Below the pieces are notes generated by a model. The model saw only the letters and a program-made list of their open reading frames with translations. It had not been told where the DNA came from and made no database searches. Below, piece after piece: positions 16,790-25,249 of a stretch of DNA of 32,468 nt. Both the position numbers and the translations under genes were made by a program. Within the stretch, counting starts at the first letter, position 1; every line of letters begins with the position of its first letter. Location: the NCBI GenBank assembly GCA_032128115.1, contig JAQBHB010000100.1:1-32468 (forward strand), in the 5' to 3' direction. The DNA comes from Deltaproteobacteria bacterium. GTDB lineage: Bacteria; Myxococcota_A; UBA9160; SMWR01.

Positions 16790-18178
16790 TCATGGGCGAT
16801 GGCGGCGGTCGAGTTCGGCTCGCACCGCGGCGTGTTCGGTTTCGTTGAAGGGGAAGCGCCAGAAGATCGCGGCACCGATCGCGTAGCCCACGAACGGGAA
16901 GCCGCCGAAGATCGCCCGCAGCGTGAGCAGCGCCGTCGGGGACTGCGCGGTGTTGGGCACGAACCCGGACAGTTGCAGGGCCCAGCCCACCACCACCACC
17001 GTGATCCCGATCGCCGACTTCAGGGCGAATCCGAAGGCTGCCGAGTAGGCGCCCTCCTTGCGCTCGCCGGTTTGGTACTCATCGAAGTCGATCACGTCGG
17101 CCACCATCGACAATCCCAGGGTGCCGCCGCAGCCGAAGAAGCAGCCCGCCACGAACAACAAGGTGAACAGGGCCACCAGGTCGCCTTCCCCGATGAACCC
17201 CATGGCGCCGAACGAGGCTGCCACCCCCAGCATGGCGACGCGCCACACATTGCGCTTTCCGAAGCGGCGGGAGAGCATGACCCACACCGGGATCGAGCCC
17301 ACGCTCGCCACGAAGAACACCGCGGGCGCCCGGCCGATCAGATCGGGCCGCCCGATCACGTATTCGGTGAGATAGGGCGCCGCCACACCCAGCACCCCGC
17401 TCCCCAGGCTCTCGATGAACCAGACGATCAGCAGGATCCGGGCATGTGGGTTTTCCAGCACCCCGCGCATCGACGCGTAGGGACTCCGGCCCCCGCGCCC
17501 CTCGTACTCGGGCCGCTCTCGCAGGAAGAGCGGCGGAATCAGCAGCACCGGGACGGCCACGAAGACGAGTGCGATCGCGAACGTGGCGGCCGCGGACCGC
17601 GGGTCGACGGCGCCGTCCACGAACTCCATGGCCCCGAAGGCCACCATCATCGAGAGCATCCAGGCAGCGTGACGTCCGCCAAAGAGGCGGCTGCGGTCGT
17701 GATGGTGGGTGGTGAGCTCGGCCCCCAGAGACTGGTGGGGCACCGAATAACACGTGAACGCGGTGTAGAAGCCGAAGAGCGCCACCGCGATCCATGGCAC
17801 CAGCCAGCCATCGCTGAGCGAACGGGGTGAACTCCAGAGCATGACGAATGTGAGCGCAATCGGGACGAGCGCCCCCAGCATCCAGGGACGGCGACGGCCG
17901 CGCCCGGACCGCGTGCGATCGCTCCAATGGCCCACCAGGGGATCCGATACCGCATCCCAGAGGCGTCCGAGCCCGAACACCAGGGCGATCACTCCGGGCG
18001 CAATCAGCAGCACATCGGTGGCGAACTTCAGGAAGTAGAACTGGGTAAAGAACAGGCACGCACCCAGCGCGCCGAGTGGCGGTCCGTAGGCCAGGCCGGT
18101 CCGCCATCCCACCCGATCCGCCTGGGCAGAAGTCGTGGGCCCGGCCGCGGGAGCGGGCTCAGTGGGTTCTCGCGACAA
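16790..18178 (-). CDS. MFS transporter, GPH/MelB-like family
   Basis: RLWDAVSDPLVGHWSDRTRSGRGRRRPW, ADVIDFDEYQTGERKEG. About 12 TM segments. Start uncertain (TTG 18178 or GTG 18217). Confidence 0.9.
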   Translation of the reverse strand: MSREPTEPAPAAGPTTSAQADRVGWRTGLAYGPPLGALGACLFFTQFYFLKFATDVLLIAPGVIALVFGLGRLWDAVSDPLVGHWSDRTRSGRGRRRPWMLGALVPIALTFVMLWSSPRSLSDGWLVPWIAVALFGFYTAFTCYSVPHQSLGAELTTHHHDRSRLFGGRHAAWMLSMMVAFGAMEFVDGAVDPRSAAATFAIALVFVAVPVLLIPPLFLRERPEYEGRGGRSPYASMRGVLENPHARILLIVWFIESLGSGVLGVAAPYLTEYVIGRPDLIGRAPAVFFVASVGSIPVWVMLSRRFGKRNVWRVAMLGVAASFGAMGFIGEGDLVALFTLLFVAGCFFGCGGTLGLSMVADVIDFDEYQTGERKEGAYSAAFGFALKSAIGITVVVVGWALQLSGFVPNTAQSPTALLTLRAIFGGFPFVGYAIGAAIFWRFPFNETEHAAVRAELDRRHRP

Positions 18179-18926
18179 CTTCCTCGTCCGGGCTCGGCGC
18201 GGGTTGCTCAGCCGCACCCGAACGGATGAAATCGAAAATGCGATTCTCCTGGACCGTCAGGATCGCCGTGATCGCAGCGACCGCCCCCTCGATGTCGCCT
18301 TCCACGAGTGCACGCTCCAGGCGTCTCGCGATCGGTGCGATGAGGTCGGCGGGTGGCCGCAGTCGCGGGCGCAGCCGCGCCCGCCGCTCCGGGCTGAACA
18401 TGGACTGCAGGGCATTGCGGGCCATGTGGAGCACCAGATTGTGGCTGGCTGCGCAAAGGATGCGAAACAGCTCGTCCAGGGCTCGGAAGTAGTCCAGGTC
18501 CGAGATGCCGCCGTCGTCGAGGCGCCAGAGCACGCGACGGATCGCCGCCAGTTCCTCGGGCCCGGCGCGCTCCGCTGCCAGCCGCGTGCCCGCGATGATC
18601 AGGACACGGCGCGCCTCGAACAGCTGTTCCACCATGGGAAGGCTCACCTTCCCCTCGCTTCGCACCAGCATGGGAACGATGTCCAGGCTGGCATCCTCCA
18701 GCCGCCGGACCGTGGCGCCACCGCCGTGGCGGATCTCGACCAGTCGCAACTGCTCCAGCTTCTTGAACGCTTCGCGCACCGTGCTGCGCCCCACGCCCAG
18801 GCGCTGAGCCAGCTGCCGCTCGGGCGGAAGTCGATCGCCCGGGCGGTAGTTCGCGGCCAGGATCTGCTTCCGGAGTTCGTCTGCCAGGATCTCGGACCTC
18901 GGCCGAGGCCGGTTCTTCGCAGCCAA
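18159..18926 (-). CDS. GntR family regulator, FadR subfamily
   Basis: wHTH RPGDRLPPERQLAQRLGVGRSTVREA and FCD-like LFEARR...ASHNLVL. TTG at 18926 with GGAGG 7 nt upstream. Confidence 0.9.
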   Translation of the reverse strand: MAAKNRPRPRSEILADELRKQILAANYRPGDRLPPERQLAQRLGVGRSTVREAFKKLEQLRLVEIRHGGGATVRRLEDASLDIVPMLVRSEGKVSLPMVEQLFEARRVLIIAGTRLAAERAGPEELAAIRRVLWRLDDGGISDLDYFRALDELFRILCAASHNLVLHMARNALQSMFSPERRARLRPRLRPPADLIAPIARRLERALVEGDIEGAVAAITAILTVQENRIFDFIRSGAAEQPAPSPDEEVVARTH

Positions 18927-18969
18927 CTGCTTTCCTCCCAACGCCAGGCGCCTTCCCAGGGTTTGCACC

Positions 18970-18995
18970 AATGGTCCTACCAAATGGTCCGACCA
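18970..18995. promoter_or_regulatory. Tandem FadR-subfamily operator boxes
   Basis: aaTGGTcctACCA directly followed by aaTGGTccgACCA. Both match the TGGT-N3-ACCA box of PdhR/LldR-type regulators and lie in the divergent intergenic gap. Confidence 0.8.
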
Positions 18996-19049
18996 AGAAC
19001 AAGAACTTTGGGCGACTTTCTGCACACCTGGGCGCGGTAGACTCCGGCC

Positions 19050-19832
19050 GTGGGCGGACAGGTTCGGATCGAACGCGACGGGGCTCTGGGTTGGCTGATC
19101 TTCGATCATCCGGAGCGGCGCAACGCCATTTCCATCGAGATGTGGAGGAAAATCCCGTCCCTGGCCCAGGAACTGGCGGACGACGACGACATCCGGGTCG
19201 TGATCCTGCGCGGGGCCGGGGAGCAGGCCTTCGTGTCCGGAGCCGACATCTCCGAGTTCGCTGAGCACCGCACCGGCGACGCCACCCGGGGCTACGACAC
19301 CGACAGTGGGCGCGCTTTCGCGGCCCTGGCCAACCTGCCCAAGCCCGTGATCGCCATGATCCACGGCGCCTGCGTGGGGGGCGGTGCGGCCCTGGCGATC
19401 ACCGCGGACGTGCGATTCGCCGCCGAAGACGCCTTCTTCGCGATTCCCGCCGCGCGTCTGGGTCTGGGCTACCAGATGTCGGGCATCGAAGCCCTGGCGC
19501 GCATCGTCGGCCTGTCGGCGGCAAAGGAGATCTTCTTCACGGCGCGCCGCTTCCAGGCCGACGAGGCGCTGCGCATGGGCCTCGTCAACGGGGTGGTGGC
19601 GCCCGGCGAGCTCGCGCGGCACGTGCGCGAGACGGCGGAGCGTATCGCCGCCAACGCCCCGCTCAGCGTGCGAAGTGTGAAGCGGATCGCCAGTGAGCTG
19701 GCCCGACCCGCGTCGCAGCGCGACACCGAGGCCGTGGAGGCATCGATCCGGGCCTGCTTCGAGAGCGACGACTATCTCGAGGGCACCCGGGCGTTTCTCG
19801 AAAAACGGAAACCGCGCTTCCAGGGACGCTGA
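19050..19832 (+). CDS. Crotonase-fold protein (enoyl-CoA hydratase/isomerase family)
   Basis: PERRNAI, AFVSGADISEF, KPVIAMIHGACVGGG, PAARLGLGY, AFLEKRKPRFQG. Confidence 0.92.
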   Translation: MGGQVRIERDGALGWLIFDHPERRNAISIEMWRKIPSLAQELADDDDIRVVILRGAGEQAFVSGADISEFAEHRTGDATRGYDTDSGRAFAALANLPKPVIAMIHGACVGGGAALAITADVRFAAEDAFFAIPAARLGLGYQMSGIEALARIVGLSAAKEIFFTARRFQADEALRMGLVNGVVAPGELARHVRETAERIAANAPLSVRSVKRIASELARPASQRDTEAVEASIRACFESDDYLEGTRAFLEKRKPRFQGR

Positions 19833-19834
19833 GC

Positions 19835-21013
19835 GTGGACCCGGCTCCGCTGGCGGGGATCCGCGTGCTCGACCTGACCCGTTACCTGGCGGGCCCCTTC
19901 TGCACCCAGCTGCTCGCCGACTACGGGGCAGACGTGGTGAAGCTGGAATCACCCCGGGGCCGGGAGCTCCGCCCGGCGGGCGCGGAACGCGATTCGTATT
20001 TCTTCCTGTCGAGCAATCGGGGCAAGCGCTCCATCACGCTGGAGCCGCGCAGCGACGCCGGGCGCGACGTGCTGATGCGATTGCTCCGGGACGCGGACGT
20101 GCTCGTGGAGAACTTCCGGCCCGGCGTGATGCAGGCGCTGGGTCTCGACCCGGAGGATCTGTGCCGGCGCTTTCCCCGCCTGATCTACTGCGGCATCTCG
20201 GGATTCGGCGCCGACGGCCCGTATCGGGACCGACCCGGCTTCGACCAGATCGCCCAGGGCATGAGTGGCTTCATGAGTCTCACGGGAACACCCGAGAGCG
20301 GGCCCACCCGGGCGGGCATCGCCATCGGCGACCTGCTGGCCGGCATCTTCGGCGCCCACGGAATCCAATTGGCTCTGCTGGCGCGCCAGCGCAGCGGACG
20401 CGGGCAGATCGTGCACACGTCCCTGCTCGAGGCCATGGTCGGAGTGCTCTCGTGGGGCGCCGGTATGTTCTTCGAGTCGGGCACGGCGCCGGGGCCGGCG
20501 GGACAGCACCACCCCCTGTCGTCGCCGTACGGACGCTTCCGCGCCCGGGACGGCTACCTGAACATCGCCGCCGCAAAACCCGCCATGTGGGAGCGGCTGG
20601 CGCGGGAGCTCGGGCGCGAAACCTGGCTCACGGACGAGCGCTTCGCCGATCCGCTGGCGCGGGTCCGGAACCGGGATGCCCTGACCCTGGAGATCGAGTC
20701 GGTGCTTCAGGCCGCCGCTGTGACCCACTGGGTGGAGCGACTCAACGGAGTCGGCGTTCCCACCGGGCCGGTCCTCGATCTCGAACAGGTATTCGCCGAC
20801 CCGCAGGTGCTGGCGCGCCAGATGCTGGTGGAACTCGAGCATCCGCAGCTGGGAACCTTCAAGACCACGGGCCTGCCCGTGAAGCTCGCCGATTCGCCCG
20901 GGCGCATCGAACGACGCCCTCCCCTGCTGGGCGAGCACACCGACGAGGTGCTTGGGGAAGCCGGCTTCTCTGCGTCCGAAATCGCGGAACTGCGACAGCA
21001 ACGCATCCTCTAG
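19835..21013 (+). CDS. Family III CoA transferase (CaiB/BaiF)
   Basis: LAGIRVLDLT, GADVVKLE, NRGKRSI, DVLVENFRPG, catalytic-Asp region IGDLLAG, PLLGEHT. Confidence 0.95.
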   Translation: MDPAPLAGIRVLDLTRYLAGPFCTQLLADYGADVVKLESPRGRELRPAGAERDSYFFLSSNRGKRSITLEPRSDAGRDVLMRLLRDADVLVENFRPGVMQALGLDPEDLCRRFPRLIYCGISGFGADGPYRDRPGFDQIAQGMSGFMSLTGTPESGPTRAGIAIGDLLAGIFGAHGIQLALLARQRSGRGQIVHTSLLEAMVGVLSWGAGMFFESGTAPGPAGQHHPLSSPYGRFRARDGYLNIAAAKPAMWERLARELGRETWLTDERFADPLARVRNRDALTLEIESVLQAAAVTHWVERLNGVGVPTGPVLDLEQVFADPQVLARQMLVELEHPQLGTFKTTGLPVKLADSPGRIERRPPLLGEHTDEVLGEAGFSASEIAELRQQRIL

Positions 21014-21041
21014 GCCGCAAGCGAGCCGAAGGCGGGCTGCG

Positions 21042-22166
21042 TCAACCGGTCTCGTAGATGTAGCGGCCTTCGCGGTCGGCGCTGCGTTCGGCGTCACCGG
21101 CCAGGCGCAGATGCTCCAGGTGGGCGTAGGTCTCGCTCTCGGTCATGGCCCCCCAGCTGCGCGGCTTGAACAGCAGCTGGGTGTACGCCTCCACCGTCGA
21201 GGGTCCGAGTTCGCGGCCGATGGCCTTGACCTTCTCGAGCCGCTCGTCGTGGTGTCGCTTGATGGCGTCGGTGCGCGCCTTCAGATCCGCGAACGGGTGA
21301 CCGTGCGCCGGAAGCACCTGGCCCACCCCAGCGATCTCCCCCACCCGATCCAGCGAATAGAAGAACGAACTCAGCGGATCCGGCGACGTGCTGATCCCCG
21401 AGATGTGGGGCGTGATGGTGGGCAACACGTGATCGCCCGCCAGGAACACGCCCGACTCGGGGTCGTGCAGGCAGAAGTGATCGGAGGTGTGTCCCGGCGT
21501 GTGCACCACGAACCACTCGCGGCCGGCGAGTTCGAGCACATCGCCGTGTTCTACGGGATGGGTGATCTGCGGAACGATCGAGCTGGCCCCGAGCAGCCGC
21601 ATGGCCGCCCAGCGGACCCGCGTCCGCCACGGGGGCCTGGGCCGCCACCCGCCCCACGGCGTGAGTCCCCGGCGCCACGGTTCGGACGCCTTCTGCTCGT
21701 TGCGGACTGCGTCCGGAGTGGAATTTTCGCCGTCATCGGCCTCGTCCGATTCCCGTTCGCCGTCGATCTGCTGCGCTTCCAGATCCTCGACGGAAACTTC
21801 CGGGGCCTCCGGGGCCGGCAGCATGGGTCCGAACCGGAAGCTGCGATGGGCCACCACCTTTGCGCCCGATTCCTTTGCGAAGCGGGAGGCCCCGCCGAAA
21901 TGATCCGGGTGCGAGTGGGTCACGATCACCGTGTGCACGTCCCGCACGCCGAGGCCCGCCTGCTTCAGGCGATCCTGGAGGGCCCGCCACGTTCCCGGGC
22001 CCGGCAGCCCCGGATCCACCACCGCCGCGCCTTCGCGATCGATGATGGCGTAGCAGTTCACGTGCCCGAGCCCGGGCATGCGGATCGGCAACTCCATGCG
22101 AAGCACGTCCGGAGCCACTTCACTGACGGCCGAGCGCGCCGGTTCCTGCTCCTGTCTTCGCGCCAT
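21042..22166 (-). CDS. MBL-fold metallo-hydrolase
   Basis: VDPG, THSHPDH, TPGHT, GDHVLP, PAHG. Confidence 0.92.
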   Translation of the reverse strand: MARRQEQEPARSAVSEVAPDVLRMELPIRMPGLGHVNCYAIIDREGAAVVDPGLPGPGTWRALQDRLKQAGLGVRDVHTVIVTHSHPDHFGGASRFAKESGAKVVAHRSFRFGPMLPAPEAPEVSVEDLEAQQIDGERESDEADDGENSTPDAVRNEQKASEPWRRGLTPWGGWRPRPPWRTRVRWAAMRLLGASSIVPQITHPVEHGDVLELAGREWFVVHTPGHTSDHFCLHDPESGVFLAGDHVLPTITPHISGISTSPDPLSSFFYSLDRVGEIAGVGQVLPAHGHPFADLKARTDAIKRHHDERLEKVKAIGRELGPSTVEAYTQLLFKPRSWGAMTESETYAHLEHLRLAGDAERSADREGRYIYETG

Positions 22167-22271
22167 GCGCGCACGCTAGTGAATTGCGTCTTTCCCGGCA
22201 TCGGGAGCGGCGGCCTCGCAAGTCGGCGAAGCCGCCGCCTGGTCGACCCGCTGGCCCCGCGCCCCGACGCT

Positions 22272-24647
22272 TCACGGATCTCCCGGTGGATCACGGCACG
22301 AAAGCGTTTTGCCGTATCCCCAGGCGACCAGGGGCTCGGCCAGGCCCACCATCACGGCACCGTCCCGCCCGGTCCACCAGACGGACAGGTGGGCGTCCGC
22401 TGCCCGCGCAAGCACCTCCGGGTGGGGCATTCCGAAGCGCCCTCGACAGGGGGCCGACGCCACGGCCAGCTGGGCAGCGACCCGCTGCAGCAGCGCGCGG
22501 CTGGATGAGGTACGGCTGCCGTGGTGCGGCAGCGCCAGCACGTCGGCGCGCAGATCGGCCCCGCTCGCGAGCAACGCCAACTCGGCCAGCGATTCCACAT
22601 CCCCCGCAAGCAGGATGCGGCGACCGGCCACGTCGACCCGAACCACGAGAGAGCGATCGTTGCGGGAGAGTCCCGGGGCCGACGGCGGGGGCCAGACGGG
22701 GGTCACCCGAAGGTCGCCGCGTTGGAGCGGGGGCGATCCCCATCCGCGTTCGCGCACGGGCACGCCCCGCCGGGCGGCAACCGCCCGCACGGATGCGAAT
22801 CCCGGATCGTCGCGGCTGCCGTAGGGAACCCAGACGGCGCCCACCGGCAGGGCGTCGAGCACGGCGGGCAGGCCGCCCCGGTGGTCCAGGTCCGGGTGGG
22901 TCGCAATCACCAGATCCAGGCGACGCACATCGAGTGCCGCCAACGCGGGCAGCACCTGACGAAGGCCCATGTCGGTACCGCCCGGGCGGGCCGTGCCTGC
23001 GTCCACCAACAGTGCGGCGCCCTGCGCCTGCATCAGGATCGCGTCGCCCTGCCCCACGTCGAGAACCACCAGCCGTGGCAGCGCTGGAAGTCGGGCGGCG
23101 GGCGGCGCGGCAGCCAGGAGGGCGCCGGAAGCCAGGGCCAGACCAGCCCGCGTACTGGTAGATCGCGCCAGCAAGGTGACTCCACCCAGAGCACTCGCCG
23201 CCGCGAGCCAGGCCGGAGCCGGGCAAGCCCGCGGCCCGGCCTGGGGAATCCAGGCCGCCACGACCTCGGCAGCCGAGAGACTGGCCGCTGCGACACCACT
23301 CACCAACGATCCGATTGCGGCGCCCACCGGATGGGGAGGCAGCCCCGCCACCACGGCGGCCAGCAGCGATCCGGGCAGCAACACCAACGCCGTCCAGGGC
23401 ACGGCGATCACATTGGCCAGCAGCGCCGCGGGCGCCACCTGGCCGAAGTGGACCGCCGCGATGGGCGCCGTCACGGACAACGCCGTGGCCGAGGCGCGAA
23501 TACCCGTGTCGAAGCCGCGCCAGCGGCCCGCCTGCCCCGGCGCGGCTCGCACGCCAACCACCAGGGCGGCGGTGGCGGTAAACGAGAGCTGGGCACCCGG
23601 GTCGAACAGCGCCTGCGGCTCGAACGTCAACACCAGCATGGCCGCCCCCGCCAGGGGCTCCGCCCGCGCACTGAAACGCCCGCGCAGGACGCCCACCGTG
23701 AGGCCGCCAAACAGCACGAGGGCACGGCGCACGGGCACGCCCCAACCCGCCACCAGCGCATACGTCACGGCCGCGAGGCCGGCCGCGACGAGCGCCAGCT
23801 GACGCGTGTCGCAGCGCGCCGCCAGCCACGCGCACCGCGCCAGCGCGATGCGGTGCGCCGCGTACACCAGCGACGCCACCAGGGCCAGGTGCAGGCCGGA
23901 CACCGCGATCAGATGCGCCAGTCCGAGAGCAGCGAAGGCGGCCCGGGTTTCCGGCGTCAGACCACTGCGATCTCCCAGTGCGAGAGCGCGCACGAGCGAG
24001 CCGCCGCGCCCGCTGTTCGCGAGTCGCTGGCCGATCCGGGCGCGGGTGGCATACAGGAAGTGCAGCGGCCGAAAGCCTTCCGCATCCGGACGCCGCACGT
24101 GGAGCGCCGGGTGGACCAGCCGCGCCACGGCGCCCACCCCGGCGCGTTCGGCCTGACGCTGACGCGAGCGTGAGCCGGGGTTGCGGTGCTCCAGCCACGG
24201 CCCGAGCACGACCCGAACCCGGTGGCGATCTCCCGGAAGCGCGTTCTCGAATGCGTCGCCCTCGCCCGGCTCAGCGATGATCCGCAGGCGCTCCGGCACC
24301 GGGCGCGGGTTCGGACCCGCGTGTTGGACGTGGACCGCGTCGATGCTCACACCGCTGGGCCCACGCCACACATCTTCGACCGTCAGCTCGAGTGTGGCCT
24401 CGAACGGGGAGGCCGGTGCAAAACGCGCTGCCGCGTCGAGTCGTTCCGCGTGGATGCGGGCGCCGGCCGCGAAGGCCAGAACGACGGCCAGGGCGGCGCG
24501 ACCCCGTGGCCCCCGCAGCACAGTCGCACCCAGGGCGACGGCGGTGGCACCCGCTACGAGTGCCGACTCGGCCGTGACGTGGCCAGCGTCGGCCAGCGCG
24601 ATGCCCAGTGCCTGGGCGGCACACAGAAGCGGAAGCAGTCGCCGCAG
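22272..24647 (-). CDS. comEC: DNA internalisation competence protein ComEC/Rec2
   Basis: ALGDR, HLIAVSGLH, QLSF, DVGQGD, THPDLDHRGG, NDRSLV, PHHGS. The first canonical start is GTG 24521, but the frame stays open and hydrophobic upstream to a TAG at about 24678-24680. I placed the 5' end at an in-frame CTG (24647); the start is uncertain. Confidence 0.9.
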   Translation of the reverse strand: MRRLLPLLCAAQALGIALADAGHVTAESALVAGATAVALGATVLRGPRGRAALAVVLAFAAGARIHAERLDAAARFAPASPFEATLELTVEDVWRGPSGVSIDAVHVQHAGPNPRPVPERLRIIAEPGEGDAFENALPGDRHRVRVVLGPWLEHRNPGSRSRQRQAERAGVGAVARLVHPALHVRRPDAEGFRPLHFLYATRARIGQRLANSGRGGSLVRALALGDRSGLTPETRAAFAALGLAHLIAVSGLHLALVASLVYAAHRIALARCAWLAARCDTRQLALVAAGLAAVTYALVAGWGVPVRRALVLFGGLTVGVLRGRFSARAEPLAGAAMLVLTFEPQALFDPGAQLSFTATAALVVGVRAAPGQAGRWRGFDTGIRASATALSVTAPIAAVHFGQVAPAALLANVIAVPWTALVLLPGSLLAAVVAGLPPHPVGAAIGSLVSGVAAASLSAAEVVAAWIPQAGPRACPAPAWLAAASALGGVTLLARSTSTRAGLALASGALLAAAPPAARLPALPRLVVLDVGQGDAILMQAQGAALLVDAGTARPGGTDMGLRQVLPALAALDVRRLDLVIATHPDLDHRGGLPAVLDALPVGAVWVPYGSRDDPGFASVRAVAARRGVPVRERGWGSPPLQRGDLRVTPVWPPPSAPGLSRNDRSLVVRVDVAGRRILLAGDVESLAELALLASGADLRADVLALPHHGSRTSSSRALLQRVAAQLAVASAPCRGRFGMPHPEVLARAADAHLSVWWTGRDGAVMVGLAEPLVAWGYGKTLSCRDPPGDP

Positions 24648-24684
24648 TTCGACACCGCGGGACCGGGGAACGCCAGACTAGACG

Positions 24685-25062
24685 TCAATGCAGGATTTCG
24701 CCGCTCTTGTCGGCGCGGGATTGCATCCGCTGGGCATAGGCCGAGAGAACTCGCAGGCCCTCTTCGAGCTTGCGCATCTCGCTGGAGAATCCCTCCATCA
24801 GGCGCAGGATCTCGCTGGCATCGCGGGTGGCGTCGGAGTCCTGACGAAGCACGCCGTAGGCGGCGGCCACACCGTCGAGCACGGCGGCGTACTCCGTGGT
24901 GGTGAAGTCCGGCGCGATCACCGCCAGACGCTCCGCCACCGGCTGGGAGAACTCGGGCGAGACGCCCTTGCGCTCCAGGTCCACTCGGATGCGCCGACGG
25001 CGCCCGCTTCCCCGCGCGGGCGATTCGCGGCGTCCCTTGGCTGATGTGGATCGATCCTGCAT
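24685..25062 (-). CDS. Hypothetical protein (125 aa, helical, coiled-coil C-terminus)
   Basis: ATG at 25062 with GGAGG RBS. It fills the gap before comEC and sits directly downstream of a sigma54 consensus. Confidence 0.75.
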   Translation of the reverse strand: MQDRSTSAKGRRESPARGSGRRRRIRVDLERKGVSPEFSQPVAERLAVIAPDFTTTEYAAVLDGVAAAYGVLRQDSDATRDASEILRLMEGFSSEMRKLEEGLRVLSAYAQRMQSRADKSGEILH

Positions 25063-25096
25063 GTACAGCCTCCACGCCCCCCTGGGACATGGAGGG

Positions 25097-25112
25097 AGCA
25101 AGAACGATGCCA
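25097..25112 (-). promoter_or_regulatory. Putative sigma54 (-24/-12) promoter
   Basis: Minus strand reads TGGCAT-CGTTC-TTGCT, near-perfect consensus, 34 nt upstream of the ATG at 25062. Confidence 0.75.
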
Positions 25113-25249
25113 CGCACGGCCTCCCGGCAGGAAATCTCGAAATCACTTGAAGTGTCTCTGGAAACCGCGCTCGACCCGATCGGCCGCGCTCGTGGCGCAA
25201 TCGCTGCCGAGAGGTCTCGGCTGCCCATTTCAGGGCATCGCGAGGGCTT

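Noticed and set aside
18927..19952. N-terminal extension of the GntR ORF to 597 aa
   Set aside because: It is antisense to the crotonase gene. A TTG with GGAGG at 18926 gives a normal-sized FadR protein.
21014..21041. gcgagccgaaggcgggctgc mini-hairpin as a REP-like element
   Set aside because: Single short copy in this window, so it cannot be supported as a repeat family.
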